A stretch of DNA of 60,932 nucleotides, filler included, from Hausera hauseri (taxonomy: Eukaryota): assembly GCA_046269625.1 (NCBI GenBank). It is 12 parts of 12 records of this genome, joined end to end, with 100 filler letters (N's around TTAATTAATTAA, not from the genome) between each part and the next. Parts side by side here need not be neighbours in the genome. Positions count along the whole stretch, not along the records: positions 1 to 4,616 come from JBJURY010502797.1; positions 4,717 to 9,565 come from JBJURY010415033.1; positions 9,666 to 15,156 come from JBJURY010243516.1; 9 more parts are not named here. One strand, written 5' to 3'. This document shows positions 1 through 12,579 of the stretch, piece after piece. Under the pieces are notes generated by a model, which was given only the letters and a program-made list of their open reading frames with translations, was not told the origin of the DNA and did not search any database. The translations under genes were made by a program, and so were the position numbers. Within the stretch, counting starts at the first letter, position 1, and each line of letters begins with the position of its first letter.

Positions 1-390
1 TCAGAATATCAATCCGATTCGATAGACGTTAATCCGTGAATTTATTGAGACTGTTAACGTGATTGCTTGATCGATATTTCTAGTGGTATTGGTAATAATT
101 TTACTTGTGAAATATATCTTATTGTATTAAATTCTTTATAGTTTTCCTTCGCCCTTTAAGGGTGATTTGACGACACTATGGTCTAAAATCTGTACTTAAT
201 TTATATAGCTAAGAGTGAGCCTTGATAATTATTGGTACAGGACCGCACCCATCTACCCGCATAGAAATTTTAAAATTGTTAAGGTAAAGTCTGTCTATTC
301 GATTACGATAGACCGACCTGCATAAGCATTCAAATTTCCAGTGTACCTATTGTTATATAGTGGGAGTTGAATAGGGGCCACCCCAATATA

Positions 391-415
391 TAACATTTGG
401 CGACCCTAGCAGGAC
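391..415 (+). promoter_or_regulatory. 3' end of a 5' LTR (..TAACA) followed by a primer-binding site, probably for tRNA-Arg
   Basis: TAACA-TT-TGGCGACCCTAGCAGGAC. The 18-mer is the complement of a tRNA-like 3' end (GTCCTGCTAGGGTCGCCA) and lies about 400 nt upstream of a gag ORF. Confidence 0.75.
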
Positions 416-799
416 AGTCTGTACCTCGCTAGACTTACCTTCTCAGAGTTAAATAATCACATACAGGCGAACAGCGCCACTACATCGAATAATTTGATTT
501 AGTTAGAATCGGAATTTAAAATTTGGGTTTATAGGCTATTCTTACGGGGATAAGTAACGCAAAACTTTAATCGAGAGAAAACATTGATAAGTCAGGAATA
601 AACCATATATTAAAAGACAATTCACCTATACGTAAGACCCGTCGAAATATATATAGGGATACAGAAAAAGTAGATAAACGTTCAAATACCCTAGAATAGA
701 GTTAAACTAGACGTTGTCGCGCAAAATAAACAGTTCAAAATTCCACTTAAAAAACTTAAAGTAAATAAAGCAAATTTAGAGCTAAATAACGTAAATAAT

Positions 800-2578
800 A
801 TGGCAGCAGATAACCCACCAGTAGCGCAGAAACTAGACATCTTCACCTTCAATTCTCTAAACTTGCCGGCATATGACGGAGACCCAGACGGGCTTAATAA
901 ATTTTTGAGAACTTACAAATTGCACGCAGGTGCCAGCCTTACTCCTGAAGTAATGATTAAACGCTTGTCGTTATACTTGAAAAATTTAGCCGCTGACGCT
1001 TATAGCGAACTCACTAATGACGAAAAGAAATCTTGGTCCTCCCTAGTAGGAGCATTAAATCGCAAATTATTGCCAACCGTAACGCCGCAGGAGAAACTCA
1101 TGGCATTTCAGAATAGAGTACAACAAAAAGGTGAAGCAGTAACCCAATTCGCATTTGCGTTGAAGAAACTTGCTAATAGTTATATTAGTACACTGAGGAT
1201 AGCTAACGTAGCTAAAGCGAAGACAGATGCAGAACGTGACACCGTAGAGAAGGACTCACCACCAGATTTTGATGTTATAATGACAAAACAGCTAATAAAT
1301 GGTATTTTATCTCGAGATTTGACTAAGCCAGAAAATTTTGAAGGAACATTACAACTAGCTCAAGACTTAGAAATGGCGTTGGATCGATACGCCAGACATA
1401 ACGATAGAAATGATAGAAATAATGATCGGAATAACCGTAACGATAGAAGTCGGAATGATAATCACGGAAGAGATGACATACGATTTATAGCTAATAAAAA
1501 CTATGGGAATAGAAATAGTAATAACAGCTACAGAAATGGCCGAGGTAATAATTATACGAACAGATTAGATTTTAACTGGGATAGGAATACAGGGAATTAT
1601 AAAGGCTCAAACTGCTCAAATCAATACGGCGATAACAGAAATAATGATAATCGACGAAATCCAGATAACGCACAACGTTTTTCAAATCAATATAATAAAA
1701 GTATGAATAGATCTAAGTCACCGGTGAACGAAGACGGTCGACAGAGAGTCGGCAGAAATTGAAATCTAGTTTGTTTTACTTGTGGTAAGGAAGGACATAT
1801 ATCAAGGTCATGTCCAAACCCACGAAGCGTCTCATTTACTGAACTGAATAAGACTAGTATGATTAGAATCAATGAAAATTTAGAAGCCAAGTACGGCATT
1901 CGCGAAGACACAGGCACTATCATCGATATACAAGACTTGAGAAAATTTCTAAATGCTCAGCCTGAGACTACTAAACTACAAATTCTAATGGCCAGAAAAC
2001 AATACGGAAATAAGTTGAGACTACTAGAAGTGTATCACGGTTTATCAGAGCCAGAAACTGAATACGAACGTGCGATAGCACCTAAGCGAATTTATATGAC
2101 ACGGAAAAAGAGTGTTCCGACAAGCAATAAACCATCTGATAAACTAGACACATTGATGACAGTCGACTTAGACTCGCAGCCTGAGTTCACCGTTAAAAAA
2201 GTAGAGAAGTCTACTGAAGGCGATGCAGCGGAAAAAGAATTTATGAAACCGTTAATACTTAAAATTACGAAAAATAGAGGCCGTAGCCCTTCTCTGAAAA
2301 CGAAACTAAAAAGTCGTTTACGCTCCAAAATAACCAGAGAGAAAATTGAAGAAACGGAAAACCCGAACGTCGTTGTAGGAGGCGACACGGATCATAGTTT
2401 AAATACATCAGAAATTGGTTCACACACACCTGTCGGAGCAGCGGAGTCTGTAGAGTCAATTAATGAAATTAACGAAATCAGCCCACTTTTCATTAGTGAG
2501 AAAAAACAGCGAATGCCGACGATTTTGATCCAAGGAAGTGGAAAGTCCGACGTTTATGGAAAAACTCCGACGAACTAA
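800..2578 (+). pseudogene. gag: LTR retrotransposon Gag (capsid, N/R-rich linker, CCHC zinc knuckle) with one internal TGA
   Basis: LPAYDGDPDGLNKFL and RVQQKGEAVTQFA capsid motifs. After the TGA at 1760-1762 the same frame reads CFTCGKEGHISRSC and runs on into ORF 1859..2578. Confidence 0.85.
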
Positions 2579-2599
2579 AGAGAATAAGAATTAGATGTC

Positions 2600-4616
2600 T
2601 AGAGCCCGAAATAGTACAACAAAATTTGGAAAGGCTCAAGCAGATTAGCGAATAAGTAGACATATCCTAGAAAGAACAACAATTCGTTGAGAAGTTATAT
2701 AAAAGTTTGAAACTGCGTAGTAAACAGAAGTTTGCAGAAGCAATCGACTTAGAACAACCCGAAGAGGTATCAACCAAAACGTTGTTAAAATGGAAGCAGG
2801 AATTAGAATCATGGATTAAAAGCGGAGTATAATATTCAGAAGGATGGAATAAAAATGATAATAGAGTCGACGTAAAAGTCATTAAAGCTAAGATGCTATT
2901 GTCTACTTTAGAGGCAAACCAAAAATTGAAGAGAGTAGTCCGTAATTTAGAACGTATTATGAACGAAATTCGGTACGCAATGATTAATCGGCTTAGGGAA
3001 AAACCGGTTAACCAGCGCAGTAATATTGATTTAAAAATATTGGGTATAGAACCGTTAGACATTCCTCCCTTGACGGAGATGATAAAAATCTCATTTGCTA
3101 CGCCCAAACAATACACAAACCTAGAAAATCGACTTAAGATAGAAAACGAAAAGCGAGCACAGATTTATAGCTTGAGGAACCGAATCATGTCCCCAAATCA
3201 CGAGGCGACTCAATATGTAGTAAAGGCTTGTATCGTAGAGTTTGACTAGTTCGGTTATGTCGGCCGGATTATGAATTTCCTAAAAGGGTCAGACTATGAG
3301 TTAGAAGATGCATATAAGATGGTAGATAAGGCTATATTGGCAAAACCGATAATCGCAAATCAACTGTCGGAGTGGTCTGAATTAATAATGCGATTAACCA
3401 AATTAGTAGAAGATCGGAAGAAGGAATTTCCTCAAAGCTAGCCAATGGTAAAGAAGAAACTCGAGGAAAGTGCACAAGATTTAGGCACAATGCGAATAGA
3501 AATAGAAATCCGTACTTAATTCGAAGCGCTAGGACTACTAAAATTTATGGAAAAGGAACGAGAAGCGTTGATGATGAAGGAAATCTACAAACTGATCGAA
3601 GAGACGAACTTTACGGAAAAACGGAATACGATTTACGATGTAAATTCAAAGTTAAGGATTGTCCGACTAGAAGAGGTCCAATACTTAACAGGAAAACCAA
3701 TCGATGAAATTTCTTTACAAGACATTTGCCCAGGACATCGAGAAACGCTAACAGACGTAATAAAATTCTTACATAAACCACAAGAATGGATGGCCGGATC
3801 GGATCAGAATTTCCGTACAACGTTGACAAAAATAGGGGACGACACACATTTTACTTTCCAGGAACACAAGTTCGTAAAGAAATTGTCGGATGCAATGGAT
3901 CTTGATTCAAAGGTTATAATTGAGATGTATGAGTTTTATCATATTTATTGGTGGAGATGGCAGAAATCAGCGATTAGAAGATGAGGCAATTGATGCCGAA
4001 GATACATAAAGTAGAAGAAACATGTATCAAAACGAAAAAACAGCAACAAGGCTAGATAAAATAACAAAAGAGCTTGAAGTCTATCGAATCAAATATGCTT
4101 TTACCGAATTAGAGATTAAGAATAAACGAGAATTTGTACAGAGATGGCAAAGAGATGTAATCGTCGAACTAACAGATTATCATCAAAAGGGACTCATCGA
4201 CTCTAACGAATTCGGTGAATTACTAAAAATGATTCAATATGCCTGTGGAAATGGAGTAGGTTTTCGGACTACGCAGATGAAAGAAATACAACCCAGGTTG
4301 AAAGAAATTGGGAAAAATGTGCAAAGAACGAGTGTAGCCTTAGTAAGCGCTGGACTCCCAGATGTCGGTAATGAGCCAGAATGGGATGCATACTTTGACG
4401 CAATGCTGACCGAAAAGCTTGTGACTCTAATACAATTGAATAAGATAGAAACGTGCCTACAGAACAGAAGATTCGATGTGGAGATGCTACTGGATTCAGC
4501 GCTGACTTAAAAGGATTTGATTGAATTAATTAACGTAAGTATTACTGAAAATAAATTAAGACAACTTATTCCAACTTTAACTAAATTGTCCAGTGAGAAC
4601 ACGATTTATAGCACGG
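2600..4616 (+). pseudogene. Degenerate coiled-coil-rich coding extension downstream of gag, function unknown
   Basis: Chain of same-strand ORFs (2893, 3547, 4022) broken by stops and frameshifts, E/K-rich. No aspartic-protease or RT motif seen. Confidence 0.55.
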
Positions 4617-4716
4617 NNNNNNNNNNNNNNNNNNNNNNNNNNNNNNNNNNNNNNNNNNNNTTAATTAATTAANNNNNNNNNNNNNNNNNNNNNNNNNNNN
4701 NNNNNNNNNNNNNNNN
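4617..4716. other. Artificial contig linker N44-TTAATTAATTAA-N44 (first of 11)
   Basis: Identical 100-nt spacers at 4617, 9566, 15157, 20823, 25550, 30595, 35415, 40896, 45793, 50892 and 56500. The 12-mer puts stops in all six frames. Small 10-N scaffold gaps also occur at 49633-49642 and 51304-51313. Confidence 0.98.
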
Positions 4717-5340
4717 CAAGCTATCCTCGACCACATGTTAGAGATTATTTCAATGGAAAATTTCGAGGATATGCACACAGAATGCAATATTAATGCTAAA
4801 AAAATTATGTACCAATATATTTTCACAATGGCTTTCGATATGATTTTAATCTATTTATAAAAGAATTAGGAACCGAAATTAAAGATCATATAAAAATAAT
4901 CCCATCAATGCAAGAAACATACATTTCTATGAGTTTTAGACGTTTGAGATTTGTTGACAGTTATAGATTATTACAAAATTCATTAGAAACATGCGCAAAA
5001 TCATTAAGTAGGTCTAATTTCAATGGGATGAAAAAATATTTTGGTGACAATAAAGATTTGATGATTACAAAAGGAATTCATCATTATAAATACCTAAAGT
5101 CACTGGAAATTTTTAATGAATATTAATCGCCATCAAAAGAAATATTTTATTGTTAATAAATCAAAAACATATAGAACACTGAATATGAGTATGTCCAGGA
5201 AGTTTGGAGCAGATCGCAATGCAGAAATTTATATGAATATACAAAAATTTATTTAATTCAAAATATTTTAATTCTAACATTTAATTTAGAAGATGAGAAA
5301 ATCTTTTACCGAACTTGATCCAGCACATTTTTTCAGCTTA
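4717..5340 (+). pseudogene. Polinton protein-primed DNA polymerase B remnant
   Basis: ETYISMSFRRLRFVDSYRLLQNSLE and ITKG..HYKYL parallel the pPolB copies at 18236 and 22960 (RLRFVDSFRFMSSSLD). Confidence 0.8.
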
Positions 5341-6769
5341 TTATCGATGATGTTAGAATTGTAGATCTCCTTTCGATCATTTGATAAATATCAACGATCT
5401 CAACAGGATATCAACCGCATATTAGGAATAAGACTTCTTAATAGAGACAGACGCGACGCGGCAATTTTTCACTATAAAATTTGTTACATCGGTAGGCCGA
5501 TATTTATAAAATGGAAACGTGATATTAATATTCAGTGTTGAATTGATCTAAGCGTTGTAAATGTGGACTTATATTCCTGCTAACATTATTATTACTATTA
5601 TTATCATTATTACAAGATTATAGATAACAGTTGTTTTACACAAGGATACGCATGTGATTATTAATAGTGAGAAAACTTATCTGTTGTGCATGTCATCTAT
5701 GTTTCTCGTTTATGAATACTTTTTCATACCTATTAAAACGCGACGAAGCATATGATTTTGGCTAAGAAAGATTCCAAGACAAGATTAAAAAGTAACTGAT
5801 TCTTCAAGAATTTGCTCCAAGCATTTTACGGAACAAGATTTTGAAAATGAAACTTGCGACAGCAACGGCTCTTTAATTCGTAGGAAGCATGGACATTAAC
5901 AAAATTAATTGTTTAAAAGATTTACAACGAGTTTTATTACGCTTAAACGATCATAAGTATAAGTATCCTCTCCTAAGCACTTCCCAAAAAGTGCTCAGAA
6001 GGAGCTTGAAACCATTTTTCTCAACATATCTCGCAATTCTAAGCATTTGATGTCTGATGGTCGGTGACGCCCTCCCCCCAGGGAAAGAAGGTCGGGCTAT
6101 GGACTTTGAACAGACATCAATCGGTCGAGCCGGACAAGGCGAATAAAAGGTAACAGCGCCAAGCCGAAAAATGCAACCCGGCGGAAGAAGAAAAACGGGC
6201 AATGTGCAACTGACAACGCAACACATTGCTGATATACCGAAATATTGTACAGAGGTAAAGTTGATATTGGCAAGTCGAATGGACACAGTTTCGTCGTCGT
6301 CCGACCAAGGTAGCATGTGGAAAACCGGTTGGGGAAATTTCCGTCGCGTAAAATTTCCCCATATTCAAGTCTGCCGGTGATGGAAATGAGTTTCATACAT
6401 TGCCCATAAGTTGGGGAAAATTTCATGTTATAAACGCTTCACGATCAGACCAACGGGTCCGAGTGAAAATTGCAATCGGAAAACGCATTATTAAAAAGTC
6501 ATCGTTGCAAATGCGTTCGTTTTTTGTAAAATCGTGAATTTTATTTTGTACGACGACGAAGACTCACAAATTACCACGAGCTCATAATTGAGTACTACTA
6601 CTCGCAAGGAGGTGGTGACCATCTGCATACAAACTAATGAGTACCACCACCAAATGTGTAACAGAAATATTAAAATGATATAACAGCAACAGCAATATAA
6701 CAAGTTGTATATTTCAAAATCACAAAAACAGTTTGTCTGTCTGTCCATTCAAAAAAGCGGAATACGTTC

Positions 6770-7152
6770 ACAATAATGTCTGTAATGTAAGCCACAATAG
6801 GAAGTAATGTCCACACAATACGGTAAGTGGATGTTGATAATCAAGTCGATTATATTCAACACGATATGATTGTCCTTCAATTTGAGAAATCGAATACCTT
6901 TCATCGAATACCTTGACGACGGTCGGATGTACTTATTCCGCAATCCAATGTTCGCCCGGTAACGATGAACTGTGTGTATTAATGATAAAATCTCCGCCAC
7001 CATTTTGTCGTAAGTCACGCGGCACACGGCCCAGTGAAAACACCGCGGAATTTCACACCGAAGAGCAGTTTTCCATAGTGACTGAGTTCAGTTGAGCTAA
7101 ACGTAAAACGTGATTTAATCACAATAGTAATAATGGTAATAAATTACTCCAT
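6770..7152 (-). pseudogene. Adenain-like cysteine (maturation) protease of Polinton
   Basis: Manual translation (not in the ORF track): DFIINTHSSSLPGEHWIA*..KVFD...YQHPLTVLCGHY, giving the His, Asp, Gln and Cys catalytic motifs, immediately downstream of the capsid gene. Confidence 0.8.
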
Positions 7153-7183
7153 GGTGCTACGACGGTGAGACAGCGGATTTTAT

Positions 7184-7800
7184 TTATACAATGACGGTTC
7201 CGTTTCTCTTTATTTCAACCTCTGCATCAAATACACCGTAAATGTACATCACGGTAGATTGCTCCAAAGCTTTGGCAAAATGAACCTCCAGTCGCAGGTT
7301 TCCCTGCTGAGGTAGTTGAGTCTGTTCAACGTCATAATCCGGAGCCAGGACAAACGTAAAGAATGGATAGGTGGACTTGAACAAATCCACCGATATGCCA
7401 TTGTTGACATTTTTATTCAACAAACCCATGTTGCGCACGATAGATTGAATATATGTGCAAACATAATCATTAGACTCAAAGTCTTGTTTGTACATCTCAA
7501 CGAAATCCGCATTCCGACCCAAACTGATGTAATTCACCTTGCTATGGGTAAACGTTTCCGACTCGGTGGTATAACTGCTCGTTTGTTGAGCAGTCGTTTC
7601 AAATGAAACGAGCACAAATTTCGACAATGACACGTCGCGAAACAGTGCACCTTTGTAAAACGTAGTTGAACCTTTGGGTATGGTGTAAAAGACGAATTCG
7701 CGCGTTGTATCTGGTAAGAGGCATTTTGTGTTTCCAAGCCCAATCGATATCCCATGATCACAGATGGTTCTACCTTTATTTATTGAATCTGTGATGCAAA
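7184..7800 (-). pseudogene. Polinton major capsid protein (double jelly-roll), C-terminal half
   Basis: FYTIPKG..., FTFVLAPD...GNLRLEVHFAKAL...YIYGVFDAEVEIKRNG, the typical Polinton MCP C-terminus. Frameshift near 7700. Confidence 0.85.
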
Positions 7801-7803
7801 AAT

Positions 7804-8796
7804 TCAACTCGGTGCAGTGTATCCGTGCCACTTGACGAGATATTGTTTATTCGAACGTTTGCCACGTGAACGTAAAATCTGAATACGATATAAATCGGGT
7901 TTCCCGGGCTGTACCTGCAGTTCCTGTTTGTAGAATTTACCACGTATTTTCTTACCGTTTTCGTCCTTTAAAGCATACATGACAGGTGTTTGTTTTGCGT
8001 TGATTGTCGAAATGCGGAAAACCTCGTCGCTCCAGTTCTGATTGAAATTCTTAATGATTAGCGTCGTACTTATTTTCGAAATACGTACGTAAGCACCGAT
8101 TTTATATTTTGGGCGTTTATTTGTCTGTCGTTGTGATAGGTTTTGATAAAGCCACATGTCCAAATCATCTATTACGTCAATCGACCGTAATCCATTGATG
8201 CCACGATGTATCGAATAATTGTATAAATGAATAAAATCCAGCAGCACATCTACTCAGCGTTTGTTGTCTTGCTTCGTAAAGAATTTGTTTAGGTGACCAC
8301 GCAATGTTCGATTAAATCGTTCAACGAGTGCAGCCTTGTATTGGGAAAACACCAAGTAGTGGTTGACGCCGAACCGCTTCAAAACCGCTGCAACGTGGGC
8401 GTTGTAGAATTCCTTAACCAAATCCGTTTTTAAATGCTTCGGCTGTTGTTGTATCAGTGTTTGGACAGCGTGGTTGTTATTGTTCAATTGATCTGTGAAC
8501 AGCTATTGCACGTGCAAAACGACTAAACACATCAACACATGTCAGCACGTACCGATACCCAACATTGATGCTGGCGTACGGAATCATTTCCATCAGAACC
8601 ATTTGCCATACGTTATTTACACCGGCAGCACGGTATGCACGAGTTGGAAACCGCCTTCTTATCGGTTAGTTCAGGCTGTATGCTGTTTCCCGAGCCAACG
8701 TTGGGTTTGTTGCCGAGTCTGTTTTATAGTCTTTGCCAGTTTGTCGATGCCAGTATAGCCGACGGGATGACGCGGATCGAACCACACGTCGCCTAT
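7804..8796 (-). pseudogene. Polinton retroviral-like integrase with C-terminal chromodomain
   Basis: KAALVERFNRTL, YKIGAYVRISK, NWSDEVFRI, GKFYKQELQ and QYLVKWHGY; several breaks. Confidence 0.9.
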
Positions 8797-8931
8797 CGTT
8801 GTCGTCGATGGTGTCGGATTTGCTGCATGCATTACAATAATGTGAACGAAACGTAAATGAAAGATTCGGTAAACTGGGACAGAAAGATGAAAACCATGCA
8901 TCCATATCTCTAAATAATCATATACTTACCG

Positions 8932-9310
8932 TCATTGTTTATGGTATGATGCTGCTGTAGAACCAATGAGTCTACGCAGTAATGACGTGACAATCGATAG
9001 AATTGCACCAAGGAATCCGCAGTCTTGCAGGTACATAACCTCTCGTTTCAGTCGTTTGCTACGGGCATTGGCAAGACCAATGAGTCGTTTTCGATACTTT
9101 AGTAAATTTTGCTTTCCACTACCAAGGTTAATGTGACCCACAACGATATTGTATAAAATTTCCATAAATCCTCTACTACAAATTGCGGGGATGATCGCAG
9201 CATGTTTCGCTTATATCTCGTAGGTGCCTTAAGCAAAGCAATAAAATACGACTGACTACGTTTGAATCACATTTTTGTGGACGTATTGATGCTGATGAGA
9301 TGTAGTTGTT
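8932..9310 (-). pseudogene. Polinton small protein with a GG|F plus amphipathic-helix tail (adenovirus pX-like)
   Basis: QDCGFLGAILSIVTSLL; paralog of 13731-14065 and 45143-45529. Confidence 0.65.
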
Positions 9311-9665
9311 TATAACCGTTGTCACTGACGGTAATGTGTTTAGTTGCAGCTGCTGTTGTTCGAAGCACAGAATTGATTAATCGCTTGACTGTAGAGGTTC
9401 GTTTTGATACGTTTCTTGCCGGACGCCCTCTAGGTAGGTTTACGTTTAACAGTTGTTTTTCAGAAATTCTTCATTTTATCACTATGATGTCGATTTTTGA
9501 ATTTGTTTATAGACACACACCTTTCTGATTGAAAATGTCTGTTCGTACACGCATGTCATCGGGACNNNNNNNNNNNNNNNNNNNNNNNNNNNNNNNNNNN
9601 NNNNNNNNNTTAATTAATTAANNNNNNNNNNNNNNNNNNNNNNNNNNNNNNNNNNNNNNNNNNNN

Positions 9666-9739
<74 letters not shown>

Positions 9740-9750
9740 ATGTTGGTGAT
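9666..9750. repeat. (TGA/CAT)n microsatellite
   Basis: About 25 TGA units at the contig start. Confidence 0.95.
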
Positions 9751-9754
9751 GACG

Positions 9755-10727
9755 ACGACGTAAATGTAGCACCAAATTTGTCTTTGCTGGAAACATAAAT
9801 TTAATTGATTTCCAAAATTCCTCTACTATATACTAGGAAATACTGTGCACAACATTGCGGGGCAACGACAAATACATTTACCGGATGATATTTACTTGAG
9901 CACTTTTGCACGGTGTTATGTACGTTTCCAAATCTAATCCAATAGAAGCCGATAATTGTTTACTTCAGCGCCAATATATACGGTTTCGGTTAAACCCATT
10001 AAAATATTGATTCGACGAAATGCTTCATAGAGACGTTGTTTGTGTTTAGCAACACGGGTAGTCCGCCGGTTTGACCGAATTCTCGTTTTATAAACCCAGT
10101 TTTCGTGGCAATAGTTCATCAAAGGCAAAATGTGTAACATTATCATGTATTGTAAACGAAATACGATCATCAGAATTTAATTCAAATGCTTTGAGAGAGA
10201 ATTTAGACACTGCTTTGATGGTTGCACACAATTCTGCTTCCGTTTCCCTAAGAAAACCAGTTCCTGTTGTATGATTGTTAAAGAATGATTCAGTGTTTTG
10301 CCAATTCAGTGTAATATCGGTGGTTTTTATGGTGTTTTTGGAAAAGTTCAATTTTTCACTAATTATACTATATCCACTGGGCTATAGACCTTTCGGGCGC
10401 ACACTGACAGATTGAAAACCCCATGCTCGACCGTTGGTTATTGATTTAAATTGCGATTCAGTTGGATGTTTATGTCTTAGTACCAATCAGTTGTTTAAAT
10501 GAAAAATATAAACCAGGAAATATTGCCGCTTGTAATTGCGAACGTGAAATGTTCCATTAGAGTCTCGGCCTAACTAGAAACGGCTACATGCAGGAAATTT
10601 TCTTACCAAAGTATAGTATATTCCACTTTTCTCACGTATTGTTATTGGTGAAAATATAAATGCGAATTTAACCAGAGCCACTTCCCAGGCTCCCTGGCGT
10701 AAATCGAACGGCTGGCCTAACGCCATG
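9755..10727 (-). pseudogene. Polinton minor capsid (penton-like) copy 3, N-terminally truncated
   Basis: LGQPFDLRQGAWEVAL near the start and VLHLRRR at the end; close nucleotide paralog of 11515-12578. Confidence 0.75.
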
Positions 10728-10729
10728 AT

Positions 10730-11458
10730 TTCTCGCAACCATAATTTCAACCATGTTTTTACTGAAGAAATTTGAATCGAAATATTTTAAGTATAAATTC
10801 GGGCACAAACCTCCAACAAAATTTCAACCACATCCTTATTCAATTCGAATGTGACGTAGGCATTTGTATTTGACGTGAAAGCCTTAAATATATCTTTGTA
10901 CCTATTAAACGAATTGTCGATAGAGATCTAGTACAGATTCACAATAGACATTATCGCCTATTGATACATCTGATGCAGACACCCTTTGTCCAGTAATGGC
11001 AAATTTCACCGATCTGTCGTAAAATATTGGACTGAGTCTTGGGGCAACTTCGTAATTACAAGAAACAACCATGCCTTTGAGCTCTGTATTTTTGAATCAA
11101 AATTTTTGCGCCATTTCATTTGACTCGAAGCTGACAGTAAATTCACGTTTTTAATCAAACACTACTTTCCCCTGCAGAAGATAACACGGATTATACCGTT
11201 ATGTACGTCATTATTTATGTTTCTCGTGCAAATGAAAGAGTTTGCGACAGACAGTATATTATTAGTAAGTGTCAGACGATAGGAATGTGATTTCGTTTCA
11301 GTAACAGTCTTGTTGTACGATATTTTTATACTACCTTTCAATGTCACCATTGCATAGGGAAAGATAAATTCCGTCAGTGTAACCTCCCAATCCACAGCGT
11401 ATTTACTGGCCCAATTGTTTGGAAAAGTAGTCGGAAAACTATAGCTCGGTAACACCAT
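10730..11458 (-). pseudogene. Polinton minor capsid (penton-like) copy 2, divergent and C-terminally truncated
   Basis: MVLPSYSFPTTFPNNWASKY..DWEVTLTEFIFP matches the penton N-terminal pattern LPS...P.N..S.....WEVAL.E..FP. Confidence 0.65.
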
Positions 11459-11514
11459 CTCATTATCTTGATGATGATGCTAATGATGATAGTGATGACA
11501 CAGTTTGTTTATTA

Positions 11515-12578
11515 TAGACGACGGCGACGACGAAAATGTTGCATCAAATGTATCTTGGCTCAAAACAGAAATTTAATGGGTTTCCAGAATTCATCTGCTA
11601 TATACACGGAAATACTGTCCACAACATTATGAGACAACGATAAATACATGTGCCGGATAATATTTACGTGAGCACTTTTGCCCGATGATTTGTACGTGTC
11701 CAAATCCAGTCCAATAAAAGCCAATAGTTGTTTACGGTTTCCGTCAAGATATACGTGTTCGGCTAGATCCATTAAAATATTGATTAGACGAAATGCTTCA
11801 TAGAGACGTTGTGTTTAGCAACAATGGGCCGTCCGCCACCAGGTTTAACAAATTATCGTTTCTTAAAGCCCCGATTCCATAACAATAGTTCATTAAAGAA
11901 AAATATGTAACATTATCATGTAGTGTAACTGAAATACGACCATCAGAGTTTAATTCAAATGCCTTGAGAGAGAATTTAGCTTCTGCCTTGATGGTTGCAC
12001 ACAATTATGTTTCCGTTTCCCTAAGAAAACCAGTTCCTGTTGTATGATGGTAAAAGAATGATTCAGTCTTTTGCCAATTCAGTGTAATATCGGTGGTTTT
12101 CATAATGTTTTCCGAAAAGTTCAATTTTTCACTATTCATACTATGCATACCGAGCTGTAGACCTTTAGAGCGCACATTAACAGATTGAAAACCCCATACC
12201 TCAGCGTCGGTTAGTGATTTAAATTGCAATTCAATTGGATGTTTGTGTTTTAGCATCAATCGATTGTTTAAGTGGAAAATATAAACCGGGAAATATTGCT
12301 TCTTGTAAGTGTGAACGTGAAATGTTACATTAGAGTCTCGGACTAACTGCAAACAACTAAATGAAGGAGATTGTCTTAATATAGTATATTCCACTGTTCT
12401 TACGTGCTGTTATTGGTGAAGCTGTAAATGTAGATTCTGCCAAAGCCACTTTGCGGGCTCGCTGAAGTAAATCGACCAGTTGGTCCAAGTGTATGGTAAA
12501 ATGTTTAGCGTTGTTGTCATTGTCGTTATGTTGTGATAATGACCTGTTACTATCAAGTACCAAATAAATGCTCATCAC
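11515..12578 (-). pseudogene. Polinton minor capsid (penton-like) copy 1
   Basis: IYLVLDSNRS...NNAKHFTIHLDQ...KVALAE at the N-terminus; QLLAFI...MYLSL..VDSISVYIADEF.KPIKF at the C-terminus. Confidence 0.8.
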
Positions 12579-12579
12579 T

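Larger units (their letters stand above)
6770..9565 (-). mobile_element. Internally deleted Polinton/Maverick segment (ATPase end, basic ORF, pX-like, integrase, major capsid C-half, protease)
   Basis: Collinear hallmark genes listed below. The module is homologous at nucleotide level to 12580-14880 and 44330-45792. Confidence 0.9.

Noticed and set aside
4661-4672. Recurrent TTAATTAATTAA palindrome as a biological motif
   Set aside because: It is always centred in N runs; it is an assembly linker.
9614-9796. Poly-histidine protein
   Set aside because: It is the translation of a (CAT)n microsatellite running into the gap.
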